Below, in pieces: positions 58,878 to 60,000 of a stretch of DNA of 60,000 bases (positions are counted from its first letter, which is position 1; each line of letters begins with the position of its first letter). The stretch is from Botryllus schlosseri. Taxonomy: Eukaryota. Below the pieces are notes generated by a model that saw nothing but the letters and a program-made list of their open reading frames with translations, was not told the DNA's origin and searched no databases. The stretch spans positions 13,518,001 through 13,578,000 of the forward strand of contig CM119372.1 in the NCBI GenBank assembly GCA_051294905.1, read 5' to 3'. Both the position numbers and the translations under genes were made by a program.

Positions 58878-60000
58878 CAGTGACGTGCGGTGAGGTTCGC
58901 GGCTGGTGAGGCACGTCCCCCCCCACCACATACAAAAGAACAACACGCACGTAAAGAGACTTGAAATGTGAATGACAACAGCAGCGGGTATAGAGAGCAT
59001 TTTCTTTGCACATTGGTAGCCGTTGCAATTTCACATTCTATAATGGACCGGTAGCTATTGTGTTAAATGGGCATGTTTAGACAAATAATAATTACTATCT
59101 TTTCAAGTAGGCCTCCCGGTATAAATTATTCGAAGAACATGAAAAAAGCATCCTCAGTTACAAATTTTATTCGGTAAAAAAACACTAGATTTGCTGAATT
59201 TCGAAAAAAATGCACTAGGTCAAGTCAAAATACACTAGATCTAGTGTTTAGGAGTGGCACCACTGGCACCACTACCATAAACAACAACGCCGGCTTTGTA
59301 AGAATGGCTATCACAATCACATACCACAATTACCGGTTAAAGAGATTGCAGTCGAACACAGCATAAAGGACACAAACAACGACAATGCAGCCTATGCAAA
59401 TAGCTATCACATACCACAATTTAACGTAGCTATGGGTGCAAAATACATAACAGCTACATAACAAGTACGGGAATGTATTGGCTTCGCATTACGCATTGGC
59501 CGTCGCTTCAATCTTATATAATTCCTACAAGACTGTTGGATTCCGAAATCGGTAGCGCGTTCCACTCGGTTTCGATTGTCCAATTGTTAGCGAATAGTGC
59601 ATGAAGCAGATTCGTTTGTGCCTCACCTAGCCATTGTTTCTCTACGATGGCATTGTCTGTAATAAAGGCGAAGGTCACCTTCCTTGGCGATTTTTGGGAG
59701 TTCTGGTGCTCTGACACTGTTAATATTTTGATTTTCGGAATCAGTGTGACTATAGCATTTCATTGATTCCAGTAATTAAGAATTCCGAGCTATTTATGAT
59801 GAATTGCATTGTTGCAGGTGAGGCACGACCCGCCCGTGCCTCACCTGTGCCTCACCTCTCCTTTCGCGCTGTATTTTTGAATAACAATGCTGCAAATTGA
59901 TGATGTTAGGTGAAAAAATGTTCCAATTTAGTTATTTATGAACATCGATGTGTAACATCAATATAATCATCGACTCATGGAGGGGTTTCACAATTTTCAC
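58878..60000. mobile_element. Left part of a probable hAT-like element running off the window
   Basis: Starts CAGTGACGTGCGGTGAGG. GGTGAGGCAC motifs recur at 58906 and 59817-59857. Confidence 0.5.

Overview
AT-rich animal genomic DNA with short 61-74 bp GT-AG introns. The gene content and style suggest a marine invertebrate deuterostome such as an ascidian (inference). There are three host genes. (1) An intronless uronyl 2-O-sulfotransferase (UST-like, 11167-12189, +). (2) A 10-exon neuronal-type nicotinic acetylcholine receptor alpha subunit (21911-31401, +, ~479 aa). (3) A 6-exon band 4.1/FERM protein with a 2.9-kb acidic exon (43090-52745, -, ~1332 aa). Much of the remainder is nested transposons: many non-autonomous hAT-type elements with 8-bp TSDs, a decayed ISL2EU/PIF-like element, a decayed P/THAP9-like element, LINE 3' ends and a SINE. 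The most notable observations are two. First, a Penelope-like hairpin element family carries paired minimal hammerhead ribozyme motifs, with one compact copy just downstream of UST and one apparently inflated to ~9 kb by nested insertions. Second, recurrent +5-bp TA[GGC/GCC]TA micro-insertions look like transposon excision footprints. All coordinates were read by eye and no searches were run.
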